A stretch of DNA of 63,692 bases, filler included, from Octopus bimaculoides (lineage: Eukaryota), in NCBI RefSeq assembly GCF_001194135.2. It is 5 parts of 4 records of this genome, joined end to end, with 100 filler letters (N's around TTAATTAATTAA, not from the genome) between each part and the next. Parts side by side here need not be neighbours in the genome. Positions count along the whole stretch, not along the records: positions 1 to 21,506 come from NC_069002.1; positions 21,607 to 40,648 come from NC_068993.1; 3 more parts are not named here. One strand, written 5' to 3'. Shown one piece after another: positions 12,852 to 25,737 of this stretch. The stretch's first letter is position 1. Each line of letters starts with the position of its first letter. Made by a program: the position numbers and the translations under genes. The notes beneath the pieces are model-generated. The model saw only the letters and a list, made by a program, of their open reading frames with translations. It was not told the origin of the DNA and did not search any database.

Positions 12852-13501
12852 ATGCGTACGTGCGTGTGTGTGTGCACGCACGCGTGTGTATATGTGCATG
12901 TGTCTGTGTATGAGTATGTGTCAGTAATTTCGAAACACTTCATCGCTACGCTCTTTGTACTATTGGATGAGAGAGACTTGAGGAAGGTGCGGTGAGGCGT
13001 TAACGGAATAGAAATATGTTCCATTATTTTTTGACAAATGACCATCCTGAACTATTCTTCTTCAAGTGAAGAGTGGAGAAATAACAATCAGCGTCGAAGT
13101 GATTCAGAGATAATATATATATACACATATATAGATACCTATCCATTACACATGCATACATTCATATATATGTGTGTGTGTCTATACATATATGTATGTG
13201 TATGTGTATGTGTGTGTGTATCTGCGCGCACCTGTATGTAAATGTATATATATATATGGGGGTGAGGAATTCGGTCAGTTTCTGTGATTTATTATAACAA
13301 ATGAGAATTGGCGCAAAGAGAAAATTCAGAAAAAGTTCAACAGAAGAAAGAGAAAATGATAGCGCGGAAAAAATAGAGAAGAACCCGGCAGGATAGAGAA
13401 GACAAAGAAATAGCAATGCGAGTAGATGAAAAAATGCAAGAATTTCGAGATAAATAATAATAAAAATAACAAAAACAAAGATAATATAAATAATAATAAT
13501 A

Positions 13502-13870
13502 TCAGGCGGTGACTCTCATGGTTTCTCATCATAACTGATTGGAAGTGCTATCAAGTGCATTGTTTTGTCTTCGTATAAAAGATGGGCTACTGTAAATATT
13601 CCGCTGAAAACAATGATTTGATGCTGTACCAGGCGGTGGCTCTCATAGCTTTTCATCTTAACTGATTGGGACTACAGCAAATATTCTGCTCAATACCACA
13701 GATTTGCTTGTCACTTGTTTCATCTTAACCAGTTGAGCAGATCCCTTGGTAGGTGACAATATGTACTTCTCTGATTACGAAAAGGAGTAGTGGGGGAGCA
13801 TCATAGCCATGTGTTGAGAGGAATTCTTTGGGGTTTGGATACATAATCTCTGGAAACATTGGTGTTTCCT
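13502..13870 (+). repeat. Interspersed repeat with a duplicated 5' part; second copy at about 60140-60285
   Basis: caggcggtgactctcatgg...taactgattgg occurs at 13502 and 13630. The segment gctcaataccacagatttgcttgtca...cttaaccag...gagtag...atcatagcca recurs at 60158-60280. Confidence 0.7.
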
Positions 13871-14125
13871 TCAACACCCTTAAACTACTCTTATTCGGGG
13901 ACATTTTGAGCGAGGTGGGCTACTAGACATAAAGAAAATTGTAACTGGGCCACACGTGCAAGATCATGCGCTGTGTATCTTGATATGAAATCACCATGTT
14001 GCGCACAAATGGTTGTGATGAATGTGCCTGGTGTACCCTTATCAGATGGGTAGTCATGATGGGTATACTGGGCTCTGCATATTTTACCCCAGTCTCATTT
14101 TTATGGTATCCACTGCTCTCTAAAT

Positions 14126-14200
<75 letters not shown>

Positions 14201-14576
14201 ATAAACAGAGATCATAAAAACAAGAAAAAAACGGCGGACGCATGATAAATACTATGAAATAGTTAAACACACACAGACGCTACGATGCAACACACCCCAA
14301 TATTATACAAGAATAATCTCATATTTTAAATAACCCAACAAAATGAGCAAAACCTCAACATGTGCCATAGAAGGCCGATAGCCGACAGAAGAATACAACC
14401 TAAGCTACACAAGAAACATACAATATAAAAACTAATACAACAGAAGACTCAAATAAATCCCCATAACAAAATGGCGTGACGCAAATTGATGTCGCCCCCC
14501 ACAAGGCAGCACACTCCATCCCACCAGCACAACGGTGCAATGAATGATGCAACAGAAAGTTGCTTGAAACTTTCAG

Positions 14577-17355
14577 ATGTCGAAAAATAATAGTGGCGAT
14601 GACGATGGTGATGAACGTTACCTTACCTCAGTCTATGAGCGACAGGAATTTCCGAAAAACTCAGATTGTAGCAGCGAAAATGAAGCTGAACTATTAAGAG
14701 AAGGCCTCTCACTCGGCAGTGGATCACTAACGATGCAGACTGACTACAGCTGTCAACCTAATACAGCATCAGCAGTTAATAGAGCAAGAAGGACAAAGTT
14801 GACCAGCAAAGAAAACAGGATAGTGATAGAGAGCTATTTAGAAAGTGAACCTAAAAGAAGGGGCTATAAAAAACGGATGTTAACACTTAGTATAGAGAAG
14901 GGTATGTTCAAAGTGACTGAGAAGAGTTTAGTTGATGACGGAATTCGAAGTAGAAGAGATCACATTAGAACTAGAAAAGAAAGACCAGGCAGTGGGAAAG
15001 AAAAAAACAACAACATAAGAGGTACTTCTCAAAACAAAGAAGAACCCAAAGAAAAAAATAATAACAGCACTGCCAATAAGGAAGGGACAACTGGCACCAA
15101 CGACCTAAGTGATTTAAGTGAGGAAGATCAGAAGATTTTAGATGAGTTTCAGGAAGTAATGAGTAAAGAAGTAAGAAACAGATTGTCAGCATTACAAGAC
15201 ATCAACAGAAGAAATGACTAGAAAAATAGATTCGGTTATCAGGCGGATAGACACCATAAATATTGGAGAGGTTAACTTATTGATCTATGCAGGAGTGGTA
15301 GTAGTCACTAGAAGATTAGATATATCACAGGGAAAGATTGAAAAAAGAGTAAATGTGGAAAAGGAGACTACAAAATAAAGTGAAGAGTTGAAGACAAGAC
15401 CGGAATAGAATAGAAACTTGGAAACTGAACAAGATGCAAACCTTCCCCCGAGGAAATATACTTAGTCAAAGAGAAAGGATTTGGGACAGTCATAGAAGAG
15501 TTGAAACAGTGTATCATAGCAGTAGCTGGTAAGCTCTCCAGATATAAAAAAACAAAAAGAACAGATCAGTATCAACATAATAGATTATTTGCGACAGACC
15601 AGAGATTTCATAAACAAATAAACAGTGGAAAACGAATGCGGAAGAAGCTAGAACGTTCTGGAGTAATATTTGAGATATTATAGTCAACTATAACGGTGAT
15701 GAAGTATGGTAAAAGAAAGTGAGAGAAGAAGTAGTGAGTAGGATGCAGCTTGATCTAAGGGTATCTAGTGCATTAATGAGTTAAATGTTAGGAAAGATGC
15801 AGAATTGGATGGTTCCAGGTCCAGATTCAGTTCAAGGGTACATGGGAGGCTGAGGGAACAACTTCAGGATTACCTTAATGGAGCAATAATGACTAGAGGG
15901 AGGACAATACTCATTATGAAGGATAAGAACAAGGCTAATACAGCTAGCAATTATAGACTAATCACTTGTTTACCTTAGTATGGAAGCTGTTAAAAGGAAT
16001 GCTTTGAGAAAGCATTTACGAGCATGTTGACAACCAGAATGTACTGCCAAAAGAACAGAAAGGTTTCAGGAACGCATGATCTATTAAATATAGACAAAAC
16101 AGTCCTAAATGAAGAAAATGCTAGAAAGAAAAATCTAACAATAGCATTGATAAATTGTAGGAGACGCTATGACACGATCCCACACACATGGATAAGTGAA
16201 TGTTTGAGTATATTCAGTATTGCAGACAACATAAAGTATTAATCAGCTTTAGCATGAAGAAATGGAAAATCGATCTCTACTCGGGTGACACAACGTTAGG
16301 GATAATTAATATCAAAAGAGGAATTTCCCAAGGAGACTCGTTGTCCCCTTTAATATTTATCTTATGTTTGACTCCCCCTCCCTCAGGTTAGTATTAAATA
16401 GAGATGGGAAGGCTATCATGGATGACCTGAGCTTTTTTGTAAGAATAAAAGCAAAATAGAATCCTTAATAGAGACTGTAAGACCCTTCAGCAAAGATTAA
16501 GGCATAGAATTGACAGAGATAAGTGTGCGGCATTAATCATGTGAAGGAGGCAGGTAGTCAACAGCGAAGGCATCCAATTACCGGATGGCCAGACATTAAA
16601 ATCATTCAAAGGAGGAGTGAGTCATAAGTATATAGGAGTATTAGAATCTGACAGAGTAACAACTATAAAAATTAAAACGGAAATTGAGAAGGATTACATC
16701 AGAAGGGCGAGGAAGCTAATGAAGTCAAAGCTAAATGTTCCGAATCTAGTGAAGCCTGTAACTACTTGGGCAGTATCATTACGTAGATACTCAGCAGCTT
16801 TTGTAGCAAAGTTAGATAGAAGAACTAAGAAAGAATTCAATATGAATGGAGGACGGCACCCAAGGGCAGGAGTTACAAGATTATACTTACTTAGAAGGGA
16901 AAGTGGAAGAGGGTTAATATCAGTAGAAGACTATGTGGTGTTAGCTAGAGTAGATATAGACTTACACGTAGGTAATAGTGAAGAACTTTTATTAAAAACT
17001 GCTAGGCTCCCAGTAAAGCATAGGGTAACCAAAACCCCAAACGAACTTAAACCAGCAAAAAGAACAGAAATTTTCTGGCTGGCAGGAGAAGGAGTTGCAT
17101 GGTAGATTCCCAAAGACAGTTGCAGCTAACTGTGCTAGTGTAACGTGACTATGTTTGCAGAAAGGAAAGCTGGAAAGGGAGACTAAAAGTTTGTTGGTAG
17201 CTGCATAAGATCAAGCATTAATGTGTAATTGGATAAAAACCACAATAGACAAAAAACAAGTAGATTATGTAAATCAAAAGAGGAAAACGTTACTCATACA
17301 GTAAGTGAATGTAGCATGCTGGCGCCGAAAGAATACAAGAAAAGACATAACAACC
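14577..17355 (+). mobile_element. R4/Dong-type RLE non-LTR retrotransposon, degenerate, near full length, 3' end missing
   Basis: Frameshifted translation: N-terminal KENRIVIESYLESEPKRRGYKKRM; W..PGPD motif near 15810; RT motifs ISQGDSLSPLIF (16325) and MDDL (16418); GVTRLYLLRRESGRGLISVED; Zn-finger end ...CSMLAPKEYKKRHNN. Confidence 0.85.
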
Positions 17356-18443
17356 CCGGGTGAGCAGACTGGATGGAAATAACAAGCTCAGGGCAATGAT
17401 TAGATGGGTTATTTCCTCAAGGCGATACGGTGCAGGTGTTGTAAGGTGAACAAAGAACGAGCTTGAGCAATGAGTAGAAAAAGCAGGATAGCGGCGACAA
17501 TGAACTAGGAACTGCAGCCTAAAAGTGATATTAGTAGACTGTATGATTTTAGATGCAATGACGGAAGAGGTCTCATGAAATGCAAGATCTATATTTTCAA
17601 TGAGGAAATCAGTCTGGTATGATATGTCAAACAGCGGATTGAACATCTTTTGCTGCTGCTAGAAATAGCTACACGATATCTAATGAAAATGTGACACACA
17701 AAATCATTTCAGAAACCAAATGGAACACAAATATTATATAATTACAAAATGCGTCCACAATACCAAAGAGAAATGGAAGTGAAAGACAAAATCAACAGCT
17801 GGAACTGACTAAGAGAAAGTGATCTGAAAAGATGCACTGAGGCATTGATATGCAGTGGCCAGGAACAAACTCGACAAATAATCACAGTAAATTCGAAATA
17901 GATAAAAACTATCTTGGATATGTGGCAGCAAAAACGAAACAATTTCGCATATTGTGAATAAGTGTAGGAATCTGGGCCAGTAGGAATACAAAAGGACGAA
18001 TGATGAGGTTTGTTCAGTGGAAATTGTGTGAGAAGTTGCAGAATGGAAATGATATGAACATAAACCAGAAGGCGTCACCGAGAATAACGAACATAAGTTA
18101 TAATGTGATTTTGCAATCCTGTGTGACTCGGTGATTGATGCTGGGAGACCAGACATTTTTTGCAGTGGATGAAAAGAAGGAAACTAAAATCATAGATATT
18201 TCCATTATTGTGGATACATGCGTGTGCTACAAAGAGTTTGGTAAGATTGAAAATGTTAGCTACACGAATCTGCGCAATGAAGAGAGTAACTCATATCCCA
18301 GTAGCTGTAGGAGCGCTGGGAGTATTAACAACCAGTTTTGAGAAATATGTCGGAGAAACTGGAATATGATATGTTGTTAGAACAGGATCAGGAAACTTGT
18401 CTATAAGGGAGAGCGAAGATTTTGCGATCGGTTCTTGGGTAAT
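17356..18443 (+). mobile_element. Second R4/Dong-type copy, 5'-truncated, including the RLE endonuclease
   Basis: RYGAGVV...SDISRLY...GRGL; ETISHIVNKC..L..EYKR; ...HKPEGVTENN...DF.I.CD...RPD...DEKKETKIIDISI; ...VVGALGS...; ends KILRSVLG*. Confidence 0.85.
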
Positions 18444-18482
18444 ATGTATAGTGGAAAGGGATGCCGGGGCCTTATCTAAAAC

Positions 18483-18523
18483 TTATCTGAAGAGTTCCCA
18501 TGAATGGACGAAAGCTCTAATAA
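18483..18523 (+). ncRNA. Minimal type I hammerhead ribozyme motif (PLE pLTR-type)
   Basis: TTAT-CTGAAGA-GTTC(ccatgaat)GGAC-GAAA-G(ct)CTA-ATAA. All core nucleotides are present, with a 4-bp stem I, 4-bp stem II and a very short stem III. It lies about 470 bp upstream of a same-strand PLE. Confidence 0.6.
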
Positions 18524-18781
18524 AGAATTATCCAAAATTGTGACTACATCCTTTTTCTTACTAAACAAAATCTGGACACCACTTCGAACAGTCTTTCTGT
18601 ATGTTTGCCTGTCTCTCTTTCTTACTTTCGTCCTTCCTTTCTTTCGTCCTTTCATTTTTTCTTTCTTTCTTTCTTTATTTATTTCTGTCTTTCTTTCTTT
18701 CTTTCATTCTTTCTTTCTTTCTTTCTCTCTTCCTATACATACATACACACACAAACACACACATATATATATGTATATATG

Positions 18782-18901
<120 letters not shown>

Positions 18902-18989
18902 CATATATATGTGTGTGTGTGTGTGTGTATGTATGTATAGGGAGAGAGAGAGAAAGAAAGAAAGAAAGAAAGAAAGAAAGTTGATTTTT

Positions 18990-20430
18990 ATAACGAACAC
19001 GGACTGTTCCAACCTTACTAACTTGAAACACCTAGTGCCTGGATCTTACAATTACATATAATTATATAAAATATATATAGTAGAAAAAATAAGGTACTAT
19101 ACACGAAAATACCACACACCCTGGGTCTGGAAGTGATAAAACACTGGGTAGAAAAATATAGGGAACTCATAGATAAACCTTTCAAAACTGACTTTATCAC
19201 CAAAGCGACCCAATTATTACTTAAAGTAAAACACATTGACATTTAACAACAAGACATACCGACAGATAAAATGGCACGGCTATGGGTACGAAATTCTCAC
19301 CTTCATATGGCAACCTGCTGATGAGTTTCCTTGAGAACAAACTATACGATAAAATAGGGAAAGTCTTCGAACATGACTTCAGAGAAAACATCAAGGAAAA
19401 GTGACTATTTCATCTTTTGGAACAGATCAGAAGATTTACAAACATTCCACAACATCCTCAACACACTGCACCCATCTATCAACTTCACTACAGAAACCAG
19501 CTACAATGAACCTCTCTTCCTAGACACCAAGATCAAGATACACAACTCCATAGTCACAACAGATATCTACTACAAAAATACAGACACACACCGATATTTA
19601 ATTTTCTACTCCTGCCACCCATCCCACATAAAAAGAAACATTCCATATTGTATGGCAAGTCGCATATGCAGCATAGTGGCCGACTCACAAACACGCCAAA
19701 TAAGACTTATTGAACTTAAAACTTCCTACTAGAACAGAAATTCCCACTCAAATTAATAAAAAATGGAATCTCAAGCGCAATGAAACTGGACATCACACAA
19801 TTCAGAACACCAAAAATGAAAAACAAAGAAAATATCATCCCTTTCATAAACACACACAGCCCTGGAGTTACCAACATGTTTTAAATTAAACATTCAAACT
19901 TACCAATAGTTCTACAATGCCCCAAAATGGGAAACCTATCAAACAAATATTGCATAAACAGTAAACGCCAAGAGAAAAACCTGAAAAGACAGCTGACAAG
20001 AGCAAAATTCTCATCAGAGAATGAAACCGGATTCTTTGTAAAAGAGTGTGGAGATGGTAGATGTTGGATCTGCGGTAACCTCATCTACAAATATATAGAG
20101 GGAAACAAACAAATAAAATTTAAGAATGGACACACATTGAAAGTAAATACAGACATGAATGGCAAGACGCAGCACGTAATATACTGCATAACCTGTCCCA
20201 TATGCAAGGAAAATTATATAGGTGAAACTGGAAATTCTTTATGCCGATGAGCCAGAATTCACCAACAACATGTCCGACAGGAGGAACTGAGAAAGATTCC
20301 ACTGAGTAAACACTTAGAAACATGTGGAGAAGGAAAATTTAAGATCTTTTCCTTCGCAAGAATGACACCTTCTTCAGAAAAATATAGAACAACACTTCAT
20401 AGGAAAATCCCCCCTAAACTGAATCGCTGA
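18990..20430 (+). mobile_element. Penelope-like element, RT C-terminal half plus GIY-YIG, degenerate
   Basis: GTAMGTKFSPSYGNLLMSFLEN; LNTLHPSINFT...FLDTKI...DIYYKNTDTHRYL.F.SCHP.HIKRNIPY; CGDGRCWIC...VIYCITCPICKENYIGETG; ...PPKLNR*. Confidence 0.92.
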
Positions 20431-21115
20431 AAATATGAAAATCACAGCAACGTCCCTATAAACCCATCTGTAACAAGTAGCTTAGTCTGTGTAATAATGT
20501 CCTCATAATGTACAAGAAATTGTATGCATATCTCTTTCATCGAGATCCTTCACAAGAAACTTTCAGTTGTACATTATTTCCCATCCAACCATCCAAATAT
20601 CTTAATTTGTGTAAACAAAATGTTCCTTCTTTTGATTCCTCTTGAAATATATATATATATATAGCTGTGACCGGTGAAATATCACTATTTCTGTAATGAT
20701 TTGTACTGGATGAGGGACCAATTTTGTAAAGTAAACTGTAATTTTGTATTAAACACACACACACACACGCTCTGTGCTATACATATATGTGTATATACAT
20801 AAATAGAAACAATCTTGCATCCAGATTTTTTCCAACCCTTACCAGAACGGGAATCAAGCATTGGACAAGGATGATGATGATGATGATAATAAGTCCAGAC
20901 AATTTTTTGAAAAATGACTTTTATTATTCCTCATCAATACAGACACCTCTTAGAGTTGCCACCTGGTTTTGCCAGTTTTAAAACCAGGAATCAACTTGTC
21001 ATCTTCTAGTGAAAGAACTGACAAGCTGTATGAATATAAAACCATTTTTTCTTCCTTCTCTCTTCTTTCTTTCTTTCCTTTCTTTTCTCTTGACACTCCT
21101 TTCAGATACACAGGC

Positions 21116-21147
<32 letters not shown>

Positions 21148-21550
21148 CCTCTTTTACTATCCTATACACACCCTCTTTAGTATCGTATACACCCCACATT
21201 ACTTTTTTCTTTTTTGTTCCCCCTTTCTCTCCAACCCTATACACTCAATAATACTATGAAAAGTGACGAATCCCTTGGAAGAATTTAAATCTGAAGAATA
21301 TGTTAGAGTAGATGAAAGTTCTATTATAAGATTTATAAAAACATGTGACATATTAATAAAAATCTGTAAATGTACAACCATCCAGACTTCTGAGTACCTT
21401 ATTTTTTCTAATATAGAATACCCGTACACCACCTCCAAACCTTCTAATATATATATATATATATATGCGTGCGTGTGTGTTTATGTATACATATATATAT
21501 ATATATNNNNNNNNNNNNNNNNNNNNNNNNNNNNNNNNNNNNNNNNNNNN

Positions 21551-21562
21551 TTAATTAATTAA
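21551..21562. other. Synthetic six-frame-stop gap spacer TTAATTAATTAA (also at 40693, 50162, 61923)
   Basis: Each is flanked by exactly 44 N on both sides, giving a 100-bp gap. Confidence 0.95.
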
Positions 21563-21975
21563 NNNNNNNNNNNNNNNNNNNNNNNNNNNNNNNNNNNNNN
21601 NNNNNNTATGTATGTATGTATGTATGTATGTATGTGTGAGTACATATATACATAAATGTATGTATATGTATGTATTAGTGTATGTATGTATCTGTGTATG
21701 CATCCAAGTATGCATGTATATATGTATGCATATATGTTTTGTATGTATGAATGTATGTATGTGTCTATGTGTATATGCATGTCTACGTGTGTATGTGTGT
21801 ATGCATATGAGACGTATACGTGCATAGATATGCGCCCGTGTATATACATATATATGCGCGTATGTGTGTGTGTGTGTATATATATATGACAGTGTGTAAG
21901 CGCGCATAATGTGTGAGTGCGCACATGCGTATGTTTATACGTGCTTAATGCGCTAACCTACGTATGTGTGAGTGA

Positions 21976-22009
<34 letters not shown>

Positions 22010-22533
22010 ATGTGTGTATGCGTATGTGTGTGAGTATGCTGTGTGTTATACCACAGAAATATCTGATCACGAAACTTCTGATGTCCAAACACACACACAC
22101 AAGCACACACACACTCTTCCACGTACACTTACTCACACAACCATCCATCCATCCATCCATCCATCCATCCATCCACACAAACATAACGCACAGACGCACG
22201 TACAGTACACTGGCTGATAGTTTCTATTTTTCCTCCTCGATGTTCAAATCGATTATCGATTATAATTCAGGCGCGGAAGTTTATTGTCGGTTATCCTTTA
22301 GAGAGAAATATTTCGTAGAGAACGGCGATTCTTCCTACTCTTTAGAAGAACTGTAGAATCTCTTTCGGTCCGCCTGCAACCATGTTTCTTTGGCTAATGG
22401 CGGACAAGTTGTAGCTAGCTTGCTCAACCATTTATCAACTCTTCACATCACCTGCTGGACAACTTCAAAGATATTTAGGGATGATCATCAATGGACTCTC
22501 TCTCTTTCTTCTATACTTCCTTGATTTCTGCTT

Positions 22534-22536
<3 letters not shown>

Positions 22537-22603
<67 letters not shown>

Positions 22604-22629
22604 CATCATTATTGTTGTTGTTGTTTTTA

Positions 22630-22682
<53 letters not shown>

Positions 22683-22702
22683 GTTGTTGTTGTTTTTTTT
22701 AC

Positions 22703-22757
<55 letters not shown>

Positions 22758-22805
22758 GTTGTTGTTATTGTTGTTGTTGTTGTTGTTGTTGCCGATGCTA
22801 TTATT
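22537..22805. repeat. Compound (TTA)n/(TTG)n microsatellite followed by a CT-rich tract to about 23408
   Basis: Directly visible; source of the poly-I/Y/L ORFs. Confidence 0.97.
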
Positions 22806-23343
22806 ACTTTCGTTTTCCCTTTTCTAGTTACTTCTTTTTTTCCTTCCTTTCTTTCTTTGGCTCTTCCCCCTTTTTTTAACACTCGCGCAAATCGTCTCTC
22901 TCTCTCTTTCTTTCTCTATTTCTACATATATCTCTCCCAGTCTCTCTCTCTCTTTCCGTATGCATCTCTCTCTCTCTCTCGCTCTCACTTTCTCCATCTC
23001 TCCCTCTTTCTTTCTTTCTCTTTCTCTCTCTTTCGTTTTTCCTCCATTGTACATTTTTCCTTTTTTATTTCACATCCAACGTTTTCTCTCTCTCTCTCTC
23101 CGTTTTCCTTCTTTATTTCACTTCCTTTCTCTCTCCCAACTTTCCTCTCCTATTTGTCCAAAGTAACTAGGACATCATCCATTTCTCTCCCTCTCTTTGT
23201 CCTTCTCTCTCTCTCTCACTCTGTCTCTTTCTCTCTGTCTATCCATGTCTCCCTCTCTCCCTCCTATTCTTTTTCCATCTTTTATTACCTTTTTCATTGT
23301 TTTTATCCATCTTCTCACCTTTTCTCAACAATCTCTCTCCCTC

Positions 23344-23408
<65 letters not shown>

Positions 23409-23707
23409 NNNNNNNNNNNNNNNNNNNNNNNNNNNNNNNNNNNNNNNNNNNNNNNNNNNNNNNNNNNNNNNNNNNNNNNNNNNNNNNNNNNNNNNNNNNN
23501 NNNNNNNNNNNNNNNNNNNNNNNNNNNNNNNNNNNNNNNNNNNNNNNNNNNNNNNNNNNNNNNGATATCTCTTTCAACCTTTTTCTAGTAATAGTTAATA
23601 AAAATAGGCTCTTTAAAAGATATTGGCTAAATCGTTCGGATTAATGTTTAATAGCTTTTATTTATAATAACAAACATTAAAGCATACATACATATATATC
23701 AGTGTGC

Positions 23708-23783
<76 letters not shown>

Positions 23784-23810
23784 CTCTCTATATATATACA
23801 CGAGGGAGTG

Positions 23811-24192
23811 TGGAGGCGCAACGGTCTAGTGGTTATAGCAGCGGACTCGCGGTCGTAGGATCGCGGTTTCGATTCTCAGACCGGGCGTTGTGAGTGTTTA
23901 TTGAGCGAAAACACCTAAAGCTCCACAAGGCTCCTGCAGGGGGTGGTGACGAACCCTGCTGTACTCTTTCAGCACATCTTTCACTATTTCTTCTTGTTTC
24001 TCTTGTACCTGTTTTTCAAAGGGCCAGTCTTATCACACTCTGTGTCACGCTGAATCTCTCCGATAACTATATCAAGGGTACACGTGCCTGTGGAGTGCTC
24101 AGCCACTTGCACGTTAATTTCACGAGCAGGCTGTTCCGTTGATCGGATCAACTGGAACCCTCGACGTCGTAAGCGACGGAGTGCCACGACGA
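23811..24192 (+). mobile_element. SINE family B (tRNA-Arg(TCG)-like head; resembles the described octopus OR-type SINEs), full length with target-site duplication
   Basis: A-box ggtctagtgg, gactcgcggtc anticodon region, B-box gtttcgattc. Flanked by ACGAGGGAGTG at 23800-23810 and 24196-24206. Homologous to 62262-62632. Confidence 0.85.
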
Positions 24193-24386
24193 TATACGAG
24201 GGAGTGCTGAAAAGTTCCTGCCTTTGAATAAAAGAAAATACAGGAAGATCCGTTAATTATGATTTTATTCGACATATTTCCCTTTCAGTTTCACATACTT
24301 ATTGCAGCGGTTCTGCAGTTTTTTTTAATTCCTGTAAAAGAACTCTGAAAGTTTGGCGTCCAATCAGGCTTTTTGCGAAGTCCTTA
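24193..24386 (+). mobile_element. Tc1/mariner-type DNA transposon left end (runs into gap)
   Basis: TA followed by CGAGGGAGTGCTGAAAAGTTCCTG, a mariner-like 'TACGAGGG...AAAAGTT' terminal inverted repeat. The other end is not visible. Confidence 0.6.
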
Positions 24387-25701
24387 NNNNNNNNNNNNNN
24401 NNNNNNNNNNNNNNNNNNNNNNNNNNNNNNNNNNNNNNNNNNNNNNNNNNNNNNNNNNNNNNNNNNNNNNNNNNNNNNNNNNNNNNNNNNNNNNNNNNNN
24501 NNNNNNNNNNNNNNNNNNNNNNNNNNNNNNNNNNNNNNNNNNNNNNNNNNNNNNNNNNNNNNNNNNNNNNNNNNNNNNNNNNNNNNNNNNNNNNNNNNNN
24601 NNNNNNNNNNNNNNNNNNNNNNNNNNNNNNNNNNNNNNNNNNNNNNNNNNNNNNNNNNNNNNNNNNNNNNNNNNNNNNNNNNNNNNNNNNNNNNNNNNNN
24701 NNNNNNNNNNNNNNNNNNNNNNNNNNNNNNNNNNNNNNNNNNNNNNNNNNNNNNNNNNNNNNNNNNNNNNNNNNNNNNNNNNNNNNNNNNNNNNNNNNNN
24801 NNNNNNNNNNNNNNNNNNNNNNNNNNNNNNNNNNNNNNNNNNNNNNNNNNNNNNNNNNNNNNNNNNNNNNNNNNNNNNNNNNNNNNNNNNNNNNNNNNNN
24901 NNNNNNNNNNNNNNNNNNNNNNNNNNNNNNNNNNNNNNNNNNNNNNNNNNNNNNNNNNNNNNNNNNNNNNNNNNNNNNNNNNNNNNNNNNNNNNNNNNNN
25001 NNNNNNNNNNNNNNNNNNNNNNNNNNNNNNNNNNNNNNNNNNNNNNNNNNNNNNNNNNNNNNNNNNNNNNNNNNNNNNNNNNNNNNNNNNNNNNNNNNNN
25101 NNNNNNNNNNNNNNNNNNNNNNNNNNNNNNNNNNNNNNNNNNNNNNNNNNNNNNNNNNNNNNNNNNNNNNNNNNNNNNNNNNNNNNNNNNNNNNNNNNNN
25201 NNNNNNNNATATATATATATATAGCACAATGACCATTGCTAAGTTGACATCGAATTAAGGAATTGTTTCCGACTTGATTTGCTGTTTTCTGGCATTGAAT
25301 TCTTCGAAGTCTTTCAAGAAACTTCTATAGAAGGGCAAATTAAATAGGATGTTATGTGAAATACGTGTCAAACAGACGTTGTAGCCAAGAATGGTGCCGA
25401 GAATAATGAGGTCCTTTGGAATTTACTTTCCAATTTGATCTCCGACGCTACTCGTTACTTAATTGATCTGTTCTGAAGTCATCAACTGGTCATATTATCT
25501 AGCGCTTCCAGTATATACCCATGGTAATATTATATACACCCACTTGCCACATAGCCATTTATACGCACACTGTGTATATGTGCTTGTGTACGTACGTGTG
25601 TGTGTGTATATATATGTGTGTGTGTGTGTGTGAGTATGAGTGTTTGTGTGTTCTTAGATCCATGTAAACTATATGTATAAATCTTTGTATACATACATAC
25701 A

Positions 25702-25737
<36 letters not shown>

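Noticed and set aside
14480-14560. Possible HDV-like ribozyme at the R4 5' end
   Set aside because: I could not build the P1/P2/P3 nested pseudoknot by eye.
19317-19345. CTGATGAG...AAAC hammerhead-like string
   Set aside because: It lies in the PLE RT coding frame (LLMSFLENK) and lacks G12; coincidental.
20704-20740. Possible decayed hammerhead at the PLE 3' end (ctggatgagggac...gtaaac)
   Set aside because: The core is interrupted, and there is no stem II partner or GAAA.
23811-23885. tRNA-like heads at 23811, 57200-57277 and 62560-62632 as tRNA genes
   Set aside because: They have no proper acceptor stem or Pol III terminator, and they continue into SINE bodies.
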